DNA from: a virus
Taxonomy: Duplodnaviria; Caudoviricetes
Reading direction: 5' to 3' (one strand)
DNA length: 60,237 bases
IMG/VR virus record: IMGVR_UViG_3300032048_000003
Span: 1-60,237 of that record
Shown: positions 8,380 through 17,939 of the stretch, one piece after another
Layout: every line of letters begins with the position of its first letter
Numbering within the stretch: position 1 is the first letter of the stretch
Notes under the pieces: model-generated
The model's input: only the letters and a program-made list of their open reading frames with translations
Database searches by the model: none
What the model was told of the DNA's origin: nothing
Translations under genes and position numbers: made by a program

Positions 8380-8659
8380 TGAAATTCGGACAAGAACAGA
8401 AGAAATTGAAATTACGGCTAATGAGGTTGAACCAATGAAAGCGATTTTAGAATTTCAGCTACCTGAAGACCAAGAACAACATCGTCAATCAATTGATGGA
8501 ATGAATTGGGCTTTATCTATGTGGGACTTAGAACAGTTTATTAGGAACGAAAGAAAATATAATGATAAGTTAACAGATATAGAATTAGATGTATATGAAA
8601 AGATATCTAATCAGATAGTGGGAATTATGAATGAAAATAATTTAAAATATCCGACTTAA
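8372..8659 (+). CDS. conserved phage hypothetical protein
   Basis: MKAILEFQLPED motif. Confidence 0.55.
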   Translation: MPSEIRTRTEEIEITANEVEPMKAILEFQLPEDQEQHRQSIDGMNWALSMWDLEQFIRNERKYNDKLTDIELDVYEKISNQIVGIMNENNLKYPT

Positions 8660-8661
8660 TG

Positions 8662-8745
8662 GGGGAGGCTGTGCATTGGTGAGCTCAACAGACTGTAAAT
8701 CTGCCGCCTGAGGCTGTGATGGTTCGACTCCATCTCTCCCCACCA
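8662..8745 (+). tRNA. tRNA-Tyr (GTA)
   Basis: CAGA-CTGTAAA-TCTG anticodon arm, long variable arm GCC-TGA-GGC, CCA. Confidence 0.92.
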
Positions 8746-8748
8746 CAT

Positions 8749-8824
8749 AGGCGATTAGCTCAGACGGGAGAGCAGGTGTTTTACAAGCATCAGGTCACTG
8801 GTTCGATCCCAGTATCGCCTACCA
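8749..8824 (+). tRNA. tRNA-Val (TAC)
   Basis: AGGCGAT/ATCGCCT acceptor, GGTGT-TTTACAA-GCATC anticodon arm, CCA. Confidence 0.9.
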
Positions 8825-8835
8825 CTAGGAAAAAA

Positions 8836-9042
8836 ATGAAAAGGCTATTATTAATTTTTATAATGATGGCAACATGGATAGTTGTTGGTTGTAGTACAGC
8901 AGGATGTTATGGACATTGGGTTAAAGGACCCGGTCATCATAGAGGAACTAGAGCGCTCCTTAAAGACGCTCATTTACCTTACTATCAATGTGTAGATGAG
9001 AATAACAAAGGCAGCAATTTGGAGAAACGGAGATATTTGTGA
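8836..9042 (+). CDS. small lipoprotein (paralog of 9335)
   Basis: MKRLLLIFIMMATWIVVG-C lipobox; upstream part of the track ORF is tRNA. Confidence 0.7.
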   Translation: MKRLLLIFIMMATWIVVGCSTAGCYGHWVKGPGHHRGTRALLKDAHLPYYQCVDENNKGSNLEKRRYL

Positions 9043-9287
9043 CCAAAGAACAAACACAATTAGATCAAGACATTAAATTACCTCTTGACGTGCCGACATC
9101 CCATTCATTTTCGATGGAAAAGATATATCATTTTGTTTGTGGAGAATGTAAAAATTGGTGGAGCCATGCAACTGATATGGTTTACAGGCGAGGTCAAAAT
9201 ATGTCTTGTCCTCATTGTGGGGAAATGAGAGGAATTGTTAAAAATGATATGGATGAAAATCCCCGATGGGAAAGAGATGTAACGTAA
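9039..9287 (+). CDS. zinc-ribbon protein
   Basis: CGEC ... CPHC. Confidence 0.65.
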   Translation: MTKEQTQLDQDIKLPLDVPTSHSFSMEKIYHFVCGECKNWWSHATDMVYRRGQNMSCPHCGEMRGIVKNDMDENPRWERDVT

Positions 9288-9334
9288 ATGGTAAGAGTAT
9301 TCCAATATAAAAAATAAAATAAAAGAAGGAGCAA

Positions 9335-9568
9335 ATGCAGAAAAAGCTATTATTAATTTTTATAATGATGGCGACATGGACGGTTGTAGGGTGTGAATCA
9401 GTAAAACAAGCAGGATGTTTTGGTCATTGGGTAGAACATAATGATGGATCCAGAAGCGGTCATAAGAGAGGTACGATTTATTCTAATCGACATAATGTTA
9501 CACCTTATAGACAATGCGTGGATGCAGAAGCCCCACACTTAAATAAAGAACGGAGGCCATTCGGATGA
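9335..9568 (+). CDS. small lipoprotein (paralog of 8836)
   Basis: LLLIFIMMATWTVVG-C, AGCFGHWV, PYRQCVD shared with 8836. Confidence 0.7.
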   Translation: MQKKLLLIFIMMATWTVVGCESVKQAGCFGHWVEHNDGSRSGHKRGTIYSNRHNVTPYRQCVDAEAPHLNKERRPFG

Positions 9569-9780
9569 GAATAGCATTACTCGTTTTTGTAATGTTATTG
9601 ATGAGTAGTTGTTCGAGCAACACAAATAATTGGCCAAGAGGTATGACACCATTTTTTGCAGAGTGCGAAGGAGAAGGTGGAACATATACAGATAAGGCAT
9701 ATGCGGTTAGAAAAAGACAGCCGTGTCCTGGAGGATGGAAATTTTATGACAGAGGCGAACCAACTCTAACAAATGATTAA
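9565..9780 (+). CDS. small lipoprotein
   Basis: MRIALLVFVMLLMSS-C lipobox. Confidence 0.65.
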   Translation: MRIALLVFVMLLMSSCSSNTNNWPRGMTPFFAECEGEGGTYTDKAYAVRKRQPCPGGWKFYDRGEPTLTND

Positions 9781-9785
9781 AGATA

Positions 9786-10214
9786 ATGTGGATCGCAATA
9801 ATCACTATTGTATTAGCGGTAACACTAAGTGGATGTGCAAGGGATGCATCTGGTGATGATCATAAAGATGAAGTGACTGTAACTTCTGAAGTAACAGCAG
9901 ACAAAGATGTTAGTGATGAAACGATATGGATTGCAATAGTCATGACATGGAACCCTGTCGTTTATACAATAGACAAAGAATTTTCATCTGAAGTAAACTG
10001 TTGGAACTACTACGATAATGGTGCCGGAGAAAGTAAAATGCTTAATAGTTACGGCACACAAGTTTTAGACCATCAAGGCAATAAGCCTGACAAAGAATAT
10101 ATGAAAAAACATCGCCCATCACACCGAGAATACCCAACTAGAATATACAAGAATTTCGGAGGATGGATGATGTGGTTAACCTGTGACATAAAAGGAAGGC
10201 TTGAAGGATTATGA
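9786..10214 (+). CDS. lipoprotein
   Basis: LAVTLSG-C lipobox. Confidence 0.65.
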   Translation: MWIAIITIVLAVTLSGCARDASGDDHKDEVTVTSEVTADKDVSDETIWIAIVMTWNPVVYTIDKEFSSEVNCWNYYDNGAGESKMLNSYGTQVLDHQGNKPDKEYMKKHRPSHREYPTRIYKNFGGWMMWLTCDIKGRLEGL

Positions 10215-10537
10215 GTATAACAAATGGCGCATTGTATGATAGGTTTGATCTTGAAGAATCTATCATGCAAATGGCAAATATATTAGATGATATAAAAATT
10301 TTATCTGAAAATGTTATGGAAGATTCAGAATGTGATAAAGATAAAATAATAAATGCTTTAGTTGGAATGGAAACAATATATCAAATGCGTTTTGATAAAA
10401 CAATTGATATTATGGAGTATTGTGTTCGGACCCGCATGTTAGATAATAATAATCATATTTCACCAAACCCTAATTTAGATTATAAGGGAAAACAGCTAGA
10501 TGATGAAGGAAATTCTGAATCTAGATTTAATTTTTGA
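10211..10537 (+). CDS. conserved phage hypothetical protein
   Basis: DRFDLEESIM..N..DD motif. Confidence 0.6.
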   Translation: MSITNGALYDRFDLEESIMQMANILDDIKILSENVMEDSECDKDKIINALVGMETIYQMRFDKTIDIMEYCVRTRMLDNNNHISPNPNLDYKGKQLDDEGNSESRFNF

Positions 10538-10566
10538 TTATTTTTAAATGAGTAATGTTAAAATCA

Positions 10567-10574
10567 TATAAATA
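10567..10574 (+). promoter_or_regulatory. T4-type late promoter (TATAAATA)
   Basis: Exact gp55 consensus upstream of the gp67-like gene. Confidence 0.65.
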
Positions 10575-10614
10575 AATCAAATGACAAAACGATAATATAT
10601 TACGGAGTGTATCA

Positions 10615-11646
10615 ATGTCGGATAAGGAAATAAAAGAAGAAGTAAATGATGAAGAGCAAGCTGAGGCCATGGAAGATCCTTCGAATCCTGCGTCAGAACT
10701 GGTGGATTTAGTCCTTTCCGGTGAGCTACACGCAGCAAACGAGAAGTTTAATAGTATTGCAGAATCTAAAGTAGTTACAGCAATTGAAGATGAGAAGTTA
10801 AAAATCGCTCAAACTCTTTTCAGTGAAGATGAAGAGCCCCTTGAAGAAGCACCTAAAACTAAAGTAAAAGAAGATGATGATGAAGACGAAGACGACGAAG
10901 ACGATGATAACGAGGCAGGGGAAGATGATGGCGATGATAAGCCAGCTGCTCCTAAAGATAAGGAAGATGAAGATGATGATTCAGATTCAGATGATTCCGA
11001 TGAAGGAGATGATAAACCGAAGAAAGGTAAAATTCCTCCTCAGTTTATGAAGAAAGAGGAAGTATCTGCATCAGAAGGGGTCACCGGTGATGATGATGCG
11101 AATGAAAAAGCGTTAGCTAAAAACCGCGCTATGGCAAAGAAGTATGGCCAAGTTCGTCAGGGCATCCCCGCAGATAAAAAAGAAGAAGTAAAACCTGAAC
11201 AATCTTTTGATCCAGGTGAAGCAAGCACTAACATGCCACTTCCGGAATACTCTTTTGTAGCACAAGTAGCTAATCATTTATCTGGAAATAGAGGTGGATA
11301 TATAAAAGAAGATCTTGCCAGAGATATTGAAGCCGGCTTTAAAAAGTTATCTTCAAAGAAGGCTAAAGCTGGTAAGTCCGATGGCTTCGAAGGTAATGCA
11401 ATAAAATGCGGAGATTATAAGATTACTCCAGTTAAATATCACGATGCATCAGATACCACACCAGGTGCAGATGAAAGTATTGCCTTTCACGTATATGTTG
11501 AAGACGGTAAAGGAAAAGCTGTGACGGGTAAGATAAATGCAAGTCAGGGTGCTGACGCGATAGATTTTGAAACCGAATCCGGAAAATTTTCTTCGAGCGA
11601 TAAAAAGACAGCTAAAGAAATCGAAAAGTGGTGTAATTCAAATTAA
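10615..11646 (+). CDS. gp67-like prohead core domain fused to an acidic linker and an extra C-terminal domain
   Basis: ELVDLVLSGELHAANEKFNSIAESKV..IEDEKLKIAQTLF resembles T4 gp67; D/E-rich linker; C-terminal domain paralogous to 42307. Confidence 0.6.
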   Translation: MSDKEIKEEVNDEEQAEAMEDPSNPASELVDLVLSGELHAANEKFNSIAESKVVTAIEDEKLKIAQTLFSEDEEPLEEAPKTKVKEDDDEDEDDEDDDNEAGEDDGDDKPAAPKDKEDEDDDSDSDDSDEGDDKPKKGKIPPQFMKKEEVSASEGVTGDDDANEKALAKNRAMAKKYGQVRQGIPADKKEEVKPEQSFDPGEASTNMPLPEYSFVAQVANHLSGNRGGYIKEDLARDIEAGFKKLSSKKAKAGKSDGFEGNAIKCGDYKITPVKYHDASDTTPGADESIAFHVYVEDGKGKAVTGKINASQGADAIDFETESGKFSSSDKKTAKEIEKWCNSN

Positions 11647-11688
11647 AGACTTTTCATTCAACGTTGGAAATCGTAAGTAACAATTTGT

Positions 11689-11802
11689 GGGAGGCTTATG
11701 TCTCTCAATCGGCTGCACTGTAAGATTTGGTTTTTGGAGAAGCTGGTAAAGCAAGGATAAAGACTTGGATGGGATCCGATGATCTTGCTGTCAGCAGCCG
11801 AT
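11689..11802 (+). ncRNA. candidate structured RNA (long irregular hairpin)
   Basis: ATCGGCTGC (11708)/GCAGCCGAT (11802) closing helix with inner pairings, T-rich tail. Confidence 0.4.
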
Positions 11803-11832
11803 AACTTTTGTTTTTTGATATGGATTGATCAA

Positions 11833-12039
11833 ATGAATATTTGGTTAGAGTATTTTAAATATAATGATAATAGAAATAATAATCATGCGCAGATGAAAGA
11901 GAATGCCAAGTGGAAAGCGCCTGATCCAAAAGATATTCAAAGAAGACCTTGCATTGATAGAGAACAAGCACAAAATATAGCTAAGTCTCTGCAAGAACAA
12001 GGATACCACGTAAGTATAAAAACAGATGGCCCAATGTGA
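11833..12039 (+). CDS. hypothetical protein
   Basis: ORF, probable start MNIWLEY. Confidence 0.5.
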   Translation: MNIWLEYFKYNDNRNNNHAQMKENAKWKAPDPKDIQRRPCIDREQAQNIAKSLQEQGYHVSIKTDGPM

Positions 12040-12042
12040 AGT

Positions 12043-12294
12043 ATGAATTTAAAAATGACAGGGAATGTTATTGTTAGACATCAATCAGTTCCCGATTGTG
12101 AATGGTGTGACAAATCAAAAGATTTATTAGATCTAAAAGGTATCAAGTATACAATTATAGATAGTGATAAAAAATTATTTTGGAATCTTATGCAAGAAAC
12201 AAATAGTAAAAAAGTCCCCCAAATAATTTTGAATGGACAGTTCATCGGAGATTATAACGATCTTTTAGAATATTTCGATGATGAATTATCTTAA
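12043..12294 (+). CDS. glutaredoxin
   Basis: CEWC active site, VPQI..GQFIGDY. Confidence 0.88.
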   Translation: MNLKMTGNVIVRHQSVPDCEWCDKSKDLLDLKGIKYTIIDSDKKLFWNLMQETNSKKVPQIILNGQFIGDYNDLLEYFDDELS

Positions 12295-12349
12295 ATAATA
12301 ACGTCGACTTTCCCGGTCGAAGGAGGTGTAATGCTTACCGGGTACAGAC

Positions 12350-13051
12350 ATGATAACTATTATATGTACACTCTTTAAAGGGGCCCGACTCGGTATACCT
12401 CATTCAACAGAAATATATAATGCTGAATGGGCAGATAAATTATATCGGGGTCTAAAGAGAAATATAACAACAGATTTTGAGTTGGTTTGTTTAGTTGATG
12501 AAGACTATAAATTTAAAGAACCAATTCGTGCTATCCCCTTCCTTGATCCCAACTCTCCAGGTTGGTCACTTTTAATAGAGTTTTATAGACCAGATATTAC
12601 AACGAATCGTAGACTAACAATTGGTCTAGATACTGTTATAATGTCTAATATAGATGACATTCTTACATTTCCTTTAGATGTTGGCTTATTGACTGACCCA
12701 ATGATAGAGGATGAAGTATGTAATGGTATAAGTATTGTTAGTGATCAAACAGCAAATAAAATTTGGGATGTATGGACTAATCAACGAGAATGGGTTTTAA
12801 AAAATTGTAGATTATTACCATGGAATACTCCATCAGAATTATCGATGATGAGAAAATTATTTAATGCAGATGGTAAAGTTCCCAGAATAGATATTGGCTT
12901 TCCAGGACGAATATTTTCTTATAAGATTCATATAATGAAAGATCCTAGTCTTTTAAATAACGCATCTATTATTTACTTTCATGGTAAACCAAAATTACAA
13001 CAACTATATAACATTAAATATAATAAAAAGATATTGGAGAATTGGGTATGA
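12350..13051 (+). CDS. glycosyltransferase-like protein (GT-A fold)
   Basis: GLDTVI (degenerate DxD), C-terminal IIYFHGKPK. Confidence 0.6.
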   Translation: MITIICTLFKGARLGIPHSTEIYNAEWADKLYRGLKRNITTDFELVCLVDEDYKFKEPIRAIPFLDPNSPGWSLLIEFYRPDITTNRRLTIGLDTVIMSNIDDILTFPLDVGLLTDPMIEDEVCNGISIVSDQTANKIWDVWTNQREWVLKNCRLLPWNTPSELSMMRKLFNADGKVPRIDIGFPGRIFSYKIHIMKDPSLLNNASIIYFHGKPKLQQLYNIKYNKKILENWV

Positions 13052-13653
13052 CCATGTTAAATAATTGGGACTATGTAGGTTCAAATAAGATACATAAAAC
13101 TGCTCTTATCGATTGGAGAAATGTTGAAATAGGAGAGAACAATATTATAGGACCATATACTTGTATTGGTACAGATGCCCAGAGCGTAAGAGATGAATCT
13201 AAGGGTAGGATATCTATAGGAGATAATAATATATTCAGAGAAGCTGTTTCTGTAAATAGGCCTACTGCATGGTCAGAGATAACAGCTATAGAAGATAATT
13301 GTTATTTGATGATTAACGCTCATATCGCTCATGATTGTTATATTGAGTCTAATTGTGTTATTAGTAATAATGTAGCTTTTGGTGGACATGTGTATGTTAT
13401 GAATAATACACAAATTGGTTTTGGTGTTCTTGTTCATCAATATAATGTTATTGGTTCTTATTGTATGTTTGGTTTGGGAACTGTTATTCCTAAAGGAGCA
13501 GATCTTAAATGTGGAACATTGTGGTATGGTAATCCAGCAAGATTTAAAAAGTATAATGAAGTTGGATTACAACGAAACGAACTTGCAGTAGAAGATATGA
13601 AACCTGAAGATGAAAGACGACAAAGTATTATTGAAGAAAGATCTAAATACTAA
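13042..13653 (+). CDS. LpxA-like left-handed beta-helix acyltransferase
   Basis: Hexapeptide repeats; FRE..SVNR, NAHIAHDC, GGHV and GNPA motifs. Confidence 0.8.
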   Translation: MGMTMLNNWDYVGSNKIHKTALIDWRNVEIGENNIIGPYTCIGTDAQSVRDESKGRISIGDNNIFREAVSVNRPTAWSEITAIEDNCYLMINAHIAHDCYIESNCVISNNVAFGGHVYVMNNTQIGFGVLVHQYNVIGSYCMFGLGTVIPKGADLKCGTLWYGNPARFKKYNEVGLQRNELAVEDMKPEDERRQSIIEERSKY

Positions 13654-13654
13654 T

Positions 13655-13894
13655 ATGAATAAAGAAGCCTTTCTAACTATTGTAAATAATAAATTGTGCG
13701 TAGATAGAACTGTGTTTGAATTACATGAATTAAGAGAATGTAAAGAGTATTTACAACAGAACGGTTATGAATCATCTCAATTCTTTGCTAAGAGCGATCA
13801 AGAAATAGATAAGTTACATGCTATTATTGAGAGGATGGCTGAATTGTCTCCGGAGTGTGCCAGCAAAGATATTGAAAGTTTTTATTTAAATTAA
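13655..13894 (+). CDS. hypothetical protein
   Basis: ORF right after the previous stop. Confidence 0.5.
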   Translation: MNKEAFLTIVNNKLCVDRTVFELHELRECKEYLQQNGYESSQFFAKSDQEIDKLHAIIERMAELSPECASKDIESFYLN

Positions 13895-13908
13895 TATGAA
13901 AGAATATA

Positions 13909-15105
13909 ATGTACACACAAGACGATGTTAAAAGGTTAAGTGGTTCAATCCAAATCGAATATACCTTTGCGAAATTAGGTGCAGAAAAATTACGCAAAAA
14001 GTTAGATGAAAAACCATACGTTAGTGCTTTAGGAGCGTTAACAGGTAATCAAGCTATGCAACAAGCAAAAGCTGGGTTGGATTCAATTTATCTTTCGGGA
14101 TGGCAAGTTGCAGGAGACGCAAACGATAGTCTACAAATGTACCCCGATCAATCACTTTATGCAGTTGGAAGTGTACCTACCATAGTTAAGCGTATTAACA
14201 ATACGTTTCAACGTGCAGATCAAATTCAAACAATGGAAGGTGAAGGCGATGTAGATTATTTTCTTCCAATTGTTGCGGATGCTGAATCCGGATTTGGTGG
14301 TGTCCTCAATACTCACGAATTAGTAAAACATTTAATTGAAGCAGGTGCCGCAGGGATACATTTAGAAGATCAATTATCTTCAGCTAAGAAGTGTGGTCAT
14401 ATGGGAGGAAAGGTTTTAGTTCCTACTCAAGAAATGGTAAATAAATTAATTGCTTCAAAATTAGCAGCCGATATAATGGGCGTTCCAACTGTAATTATTG
14501 CAAGAACAGATGCTCTATCAGGTGCGTTATTACAATCAGATTCTGATGCTCATGATAATAGATTCATAACAGGTGAACGTACCGATGAAGGTTTCTTTAG
14601 AGTGACTGCAGGAATGGATCAAGCGGTTTCTCGAGGACTTGCTTATGCTCCATATTGTGATTTAATTTGGATGGAAACATCAGTACCAGATATAGGGGAA
14701 TGTAAGGAGTTCATACAAGAAATACGAAAAGAATACCCAGATAAAGTATTTGCATATAATTGTTCTCCATCATTTAATTGGAAAGCAAAATTAAGTGATA
14801 AAGAAATATCTAGTTTTAAAGATGAACTTGGAGATATGGGAGTAAAATATCAATTTATAACTCTTGCTGGATTTCATTCCTTGAACTATAGTATGTTTGA
14901 ATTGTCTGAAAATTATAGAGATCGTGGAATGACAGGATTTGTTGAGCTTCAAGAAAAAGAATTTGCAGCTCAAGTTAGAGGATTTACTGCTGTCAAACAT
15001 CAACGCGAAGTTGGTGCTGGATATTTTGATCAAATCGGACAAGTATGTACTGGAAGTACAGATCTTAGCGCAATAGAAGGATCGACAGAAAAAGAACAGT
15101 TCTAA
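13909..15105 (+). CDS. aceA: isocitrate lyase
   Basis: [21 protein letters not shown], catalytic [29 protein letters not shown]. Confidence 0.97.
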   Translation: MYTQDDVKRLSGSIQIEYTFAKLGAEKLRKKLDEKPYVSALGALTGNQAMQQAKAGLDSIYLSGWQVAGDANDSLQMYPDQSLYAVGSVPTIVKRINNTFQRADQIQTMEGEGDVDYFLPIVADAESGFGGVLNTHELVKHLIEAGAAGIHLEDQLSSAKKCGHMGGKVLVPTQEMVNKLIASKLAADIMGVPTVIIARTDALSGALLQSDSDAHDNRFITGERTDEGFFRVTAGMDQAVSRGLAYAPYCDLIWMETSVPDIGECKEFIQEIRKEYPDKVFAYNCSPSFNWKAKLSDKEISSFKDELGDMGVKYQFITLAGFHSLNYSMFELSENYRDRGMTGFVELQEKEFAAQVRGFTAVKHQREVGAGYFDQIGQVCTGSTDLSAIEGSTEKEQF

Positions 15106-15824
15106 TGGAAATATTTCTTAATGGTCCAGGCGGTACAGTATCAACCTGGAAATTGACTGAAGCAGCTTATAATTATTGGAAGGATAAACCTAGAAAATTT
15201 TTATTTGATTTTTCTTGGAATTTGCCTGATCTTAGAAGTGATAATATTTTTGATGAAGAACATCCTCCTAGAGATAAACTTGGTGTTCCCGATGAAGCAT
15301 GGTTTTTTAAACCGTTAGATGGAATATGGCGAAATGGAGACTGGTCGCAACCGGTCACGCCAACCGGTTGGTGCATAGATATTTGTGAGTATGATAAAGC
15401 AACGATTTATGTTGAAGAAGATAATGTAGTAACCCAATATCATCCAGATGAAATAGATACTATAAGATTTGAGAAGACATATAAACCACCATCTGAATTA
15501 TTCTATTCAGCAGTTTCCACAGAAATAGGTAATTGGCAACATAAGATGTATAATAAATCTATACCGTTGCACAAGTTTAGATTACATATAATACGTATTA
15601 ATGATAAGAGATGGATCTTTAATCTCGATACAACTCAAAGAGAAAGTTGGGATATGTATAGAGAGGTCAGAACTGATTGGTCTTATAGACTCCATGTTAG
15701 GAATAAATTATTTGTTGATGATATGAGTTCATTTACAGATATTGATTTATCATATGATATGAATACTGGAAACCACGAACAAGATTGTTCTCACTTTAAA
15801 GTACATGATACACATATTCGGTGA
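15105..15824 (+). CDS. hypothetical protein
   Basis: ORF coupled to aceA stop. Confidence 0.5.
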   Translation: MEIFLNGPGGTVSTWKLTEAAYNYWKDKPRKFLFDFSWNLPDLRSDNIFDEEHPPRDKLGVPDEAWFFKPLDGIWRNGDWSQPVTPTGWCIDICEYDKATIYVEEDNVVTQYHPDEIDTIRFEKTYKPPSELFYSAVSTEIGNWQHKMYNKSIPLHKFRLHIIRINDKRWIFNLDTTQRESWDMYREVRTDWSYRLHVRNKLFVDDMSSFTDIDLSYDMNTGNHEQDCSHFKVHDTHIR

Positions 15825-16497
15825 TTCATATTGTGATCCTCTCAATGGATTTGATGGAGGGATATCATCAGAAAAAAGATGGTTCAATCTTTTAGACGAG
15901 CCTTCATTTGTTTTTGGTTTAGCGGGTTCTAGTATTGATTGGTCTTTAGATGTATTTCTCAAAGGTCATAATTATAGAGAAGGCAAAGTAATTTATATCG
16001 AATCTATTCCAAGAAGATTTCATTTTGAGTTCTTACAATATCCTGGACATGCCGGCGCGGTTGTGTTTGATAATATGAAGATGTGGGAAAATGATGAGTG
16101 GCTTTCAAATCCTAGGATGAAATATCTTTCCCGTCATAAAAAATTTATAGGATATTTCCATGAAAATTATAAGGACTATCACAAAGCAACAAAGGCTAGA
16201 TGTACATTAAAGGCTTTATCAGAACAATATGAAAAGGTTATATATTTTGCTACTTCACATAATAGAAATTTATATAGTTCTGTAAATATAAAAAATACAG
16301 AAAAATTTATTATGCCTGACATAAGATTAATGGATATATCACGAGCAGAGATAAAGAGCGATTATGATCCTTCATTTAGAGATAAGAGATCAAATCATTT
16401 TACTGAATCTAATCATAAAAATTTAGCAAGATATATTAAAAGAATATTTAATAATGAATCTATAGAAGATATAGTTTTTGATACGGATATGATATGA
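15805..16497 (+). CDS. SGNH/GDSL-like protein
   Basis: N-terminal FGDSY, GLAGSS, C-terminal NHFTESNH. Confidence 0.55.
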   Translation: MIHIFGDSYCDPLNGFDGGISSEKRWFNLLDEPSFVFGLAGSSIDWSLDVFLKGHNYREGKVIYIESIPRRFHFEFLQYPGHAGAVVFDNMKMWENDEWLSNPRMKYLSRHKKFIGYFHENYKDYHKATKARCTLKALSEQYEKVIYFATSHNRNLYSSVNIKNTEKFIMPDIRLMDISRAEIKSDYDPSFRDKRSNHFTESNHKNLARYIKRIFNNESIEDIVFDTDMI

Positions 16498-17939
16498 TAT
16501 ATTGGGGAATTACTTGTGGGTCACACGATGGCGCGATATCTGTTTATGAAAGTGACACACAGAATATAATATTTGCAACTGATGCGGAAAGATTTTCCAG
16601 AAAAAAGAATGATCCTCAAATACCTCTAAGCTTGTTAGATTATGTACGAGAAGAATATGGGGAACCAAGTAAAGTTTATTTTTATGAAAATCCCTATGTA
16701 AAAGTTTCCCGAAGATGGTATGCTGGCCAAAAACCAATTTGGAAACCGCCTGAGTTACCACATCCATATAATACTAAGTATTATAAGATGAAGTATACTT
16801 CTCATCATAAGTCTCATGCCGCCTATGGATATTATACATCACCATTTACTGAATGCATGGTATTATGTATTGATGCCATAGGAGAATGGGAAACATTAAC
16901 TGTCTGGCATGTTAAAGATCATAAGTTTAAAAAATTATGGAATTGGAAATATCCTAAGTCATTAGGGCTAATGTATTCAGCATTAACTCAATATTCAGGT
17001 TGGAAACCTAATGAGGAAGAATATATTATGATGGGGGCAGCTGCCAGACAAGTATATCCATATGAACTAGCAGTTAAAAGAATAAAACAATGTTGGGATA
17101 AAAAAGCGACTTGGCATAAGGGATGTACTAATATTTCAGAATGGAATATAAAACCTGAAATACATCCAGAAGACGTGCCCACTGCTGCTCAAGCAGTTTA
17201 TGAAGAAAAATTTGAAACAATTTTAAAATCAATTAATAATCATAAATTAAATAATGGTAATATTGTATACGTGGGAGGATGCGCCTTAAATGTTAGTGCC
17301 AATAGATTTCTATCAAATTATTTTTCTAATATCCATATACCATCTAATCCAGGGGACTCTGGTTCTGCTATTGGATGTATTCTCGCAAGAGCTAGACACC
17401 ATATTGATCCTACTCCTTATCTTGGTTATAATATTCAAGGACCATATCCGATCAAAGAAATAATTGAAGAGTTAATGATTAAAAGAGTAGTTGGTGTAGC
17501 AAATGGTAGATGTGAATTTGGTCCGCGCGCTTTAGGTAATAGAACATTATTTGGTGATCCCAGAGATCAAAATATAAAACAAAAAATAAATGAAACAAAA
17601 GGTAGAGAACAATTTAGACCTTTCGCTCCAATGATATTGCCCGAAGATGTGCCGAAATATTTTAATGGTGGTTTTCTTTCACCTTATATGAGTTGTGCAT
17701 TAGAAGCAACAGAAGAATTTAAACAGAAGTATCCTGGTGTTGTTCATATAGATGGTACATCAAGATTACAAGTAGTTGATTCAGAACCACATATATCATT
17801 ATTAAAAGTTTGGAAGGACATAACTAAATGTCCTATATTGTTAAACACTTCTTTAAATGTAAAAGGACAACCAATTGTCAACACAAGAAAAGATGCCAAA
17901 GATTTCTCTAAGAGAACGGGTGTCGTTGTTTATTCTTAA
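16494..17939 (+). CDS. carbamoyltransferase (NodU/CmcH family)
   Basis: HDGA, ERFSRKK, HHKSHA, DAIGE, GGCALN, EFGPRALGNR, RPFAP, NTSLN. Confidence 0.93.
   Translation: MIYWGITCGSHDGAISVYESDTQNIIFATDAERFSRKKNDPQIPLSLLDYVREEYGEPSKVYFYENPYVKVSRRWYAGQKPIWKPPELPHPYNTKYYKMKYTSHHKSHAAYGYYTSPFTECMVLCIDAIGEWETLTVWHVKDHKFKKLWNWKYPKSLGLMYSALTQYSGWKPNEEEYIMMGAAARQVYPYELAVKRIKQCWDKKATWHKGCTNISEWNIKPEIHPEDVPTAAQAVYEEKFETILKSINNHKLNNGNIVYVGGCALNVSANRFLSNYFSNIHIPSNPGDSGSAIGCILARARHHIDPTPYLGYNIQGPYPIKEIIEELMIKRVVGVANGRCEFGPRALGNRTLFGDPRDQNIKQKINETKGREQFRPFAPMILPEDVPKYFNGGFLSPYMSCALEATEEFKQKYPGVVHIDGTSRLQVVDSEPHISLLKVWKDITKCPILLNTSLNVKGQPIVNTRKDAKDFSKRTGVVVYS

Noticed and set aside
8716-8835. N-terminal extension of track ORF 8716..9042
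   Set aside because: It is tRNA-Tyr/Val sequence; the real start is the signal-peptide ATG at 8836
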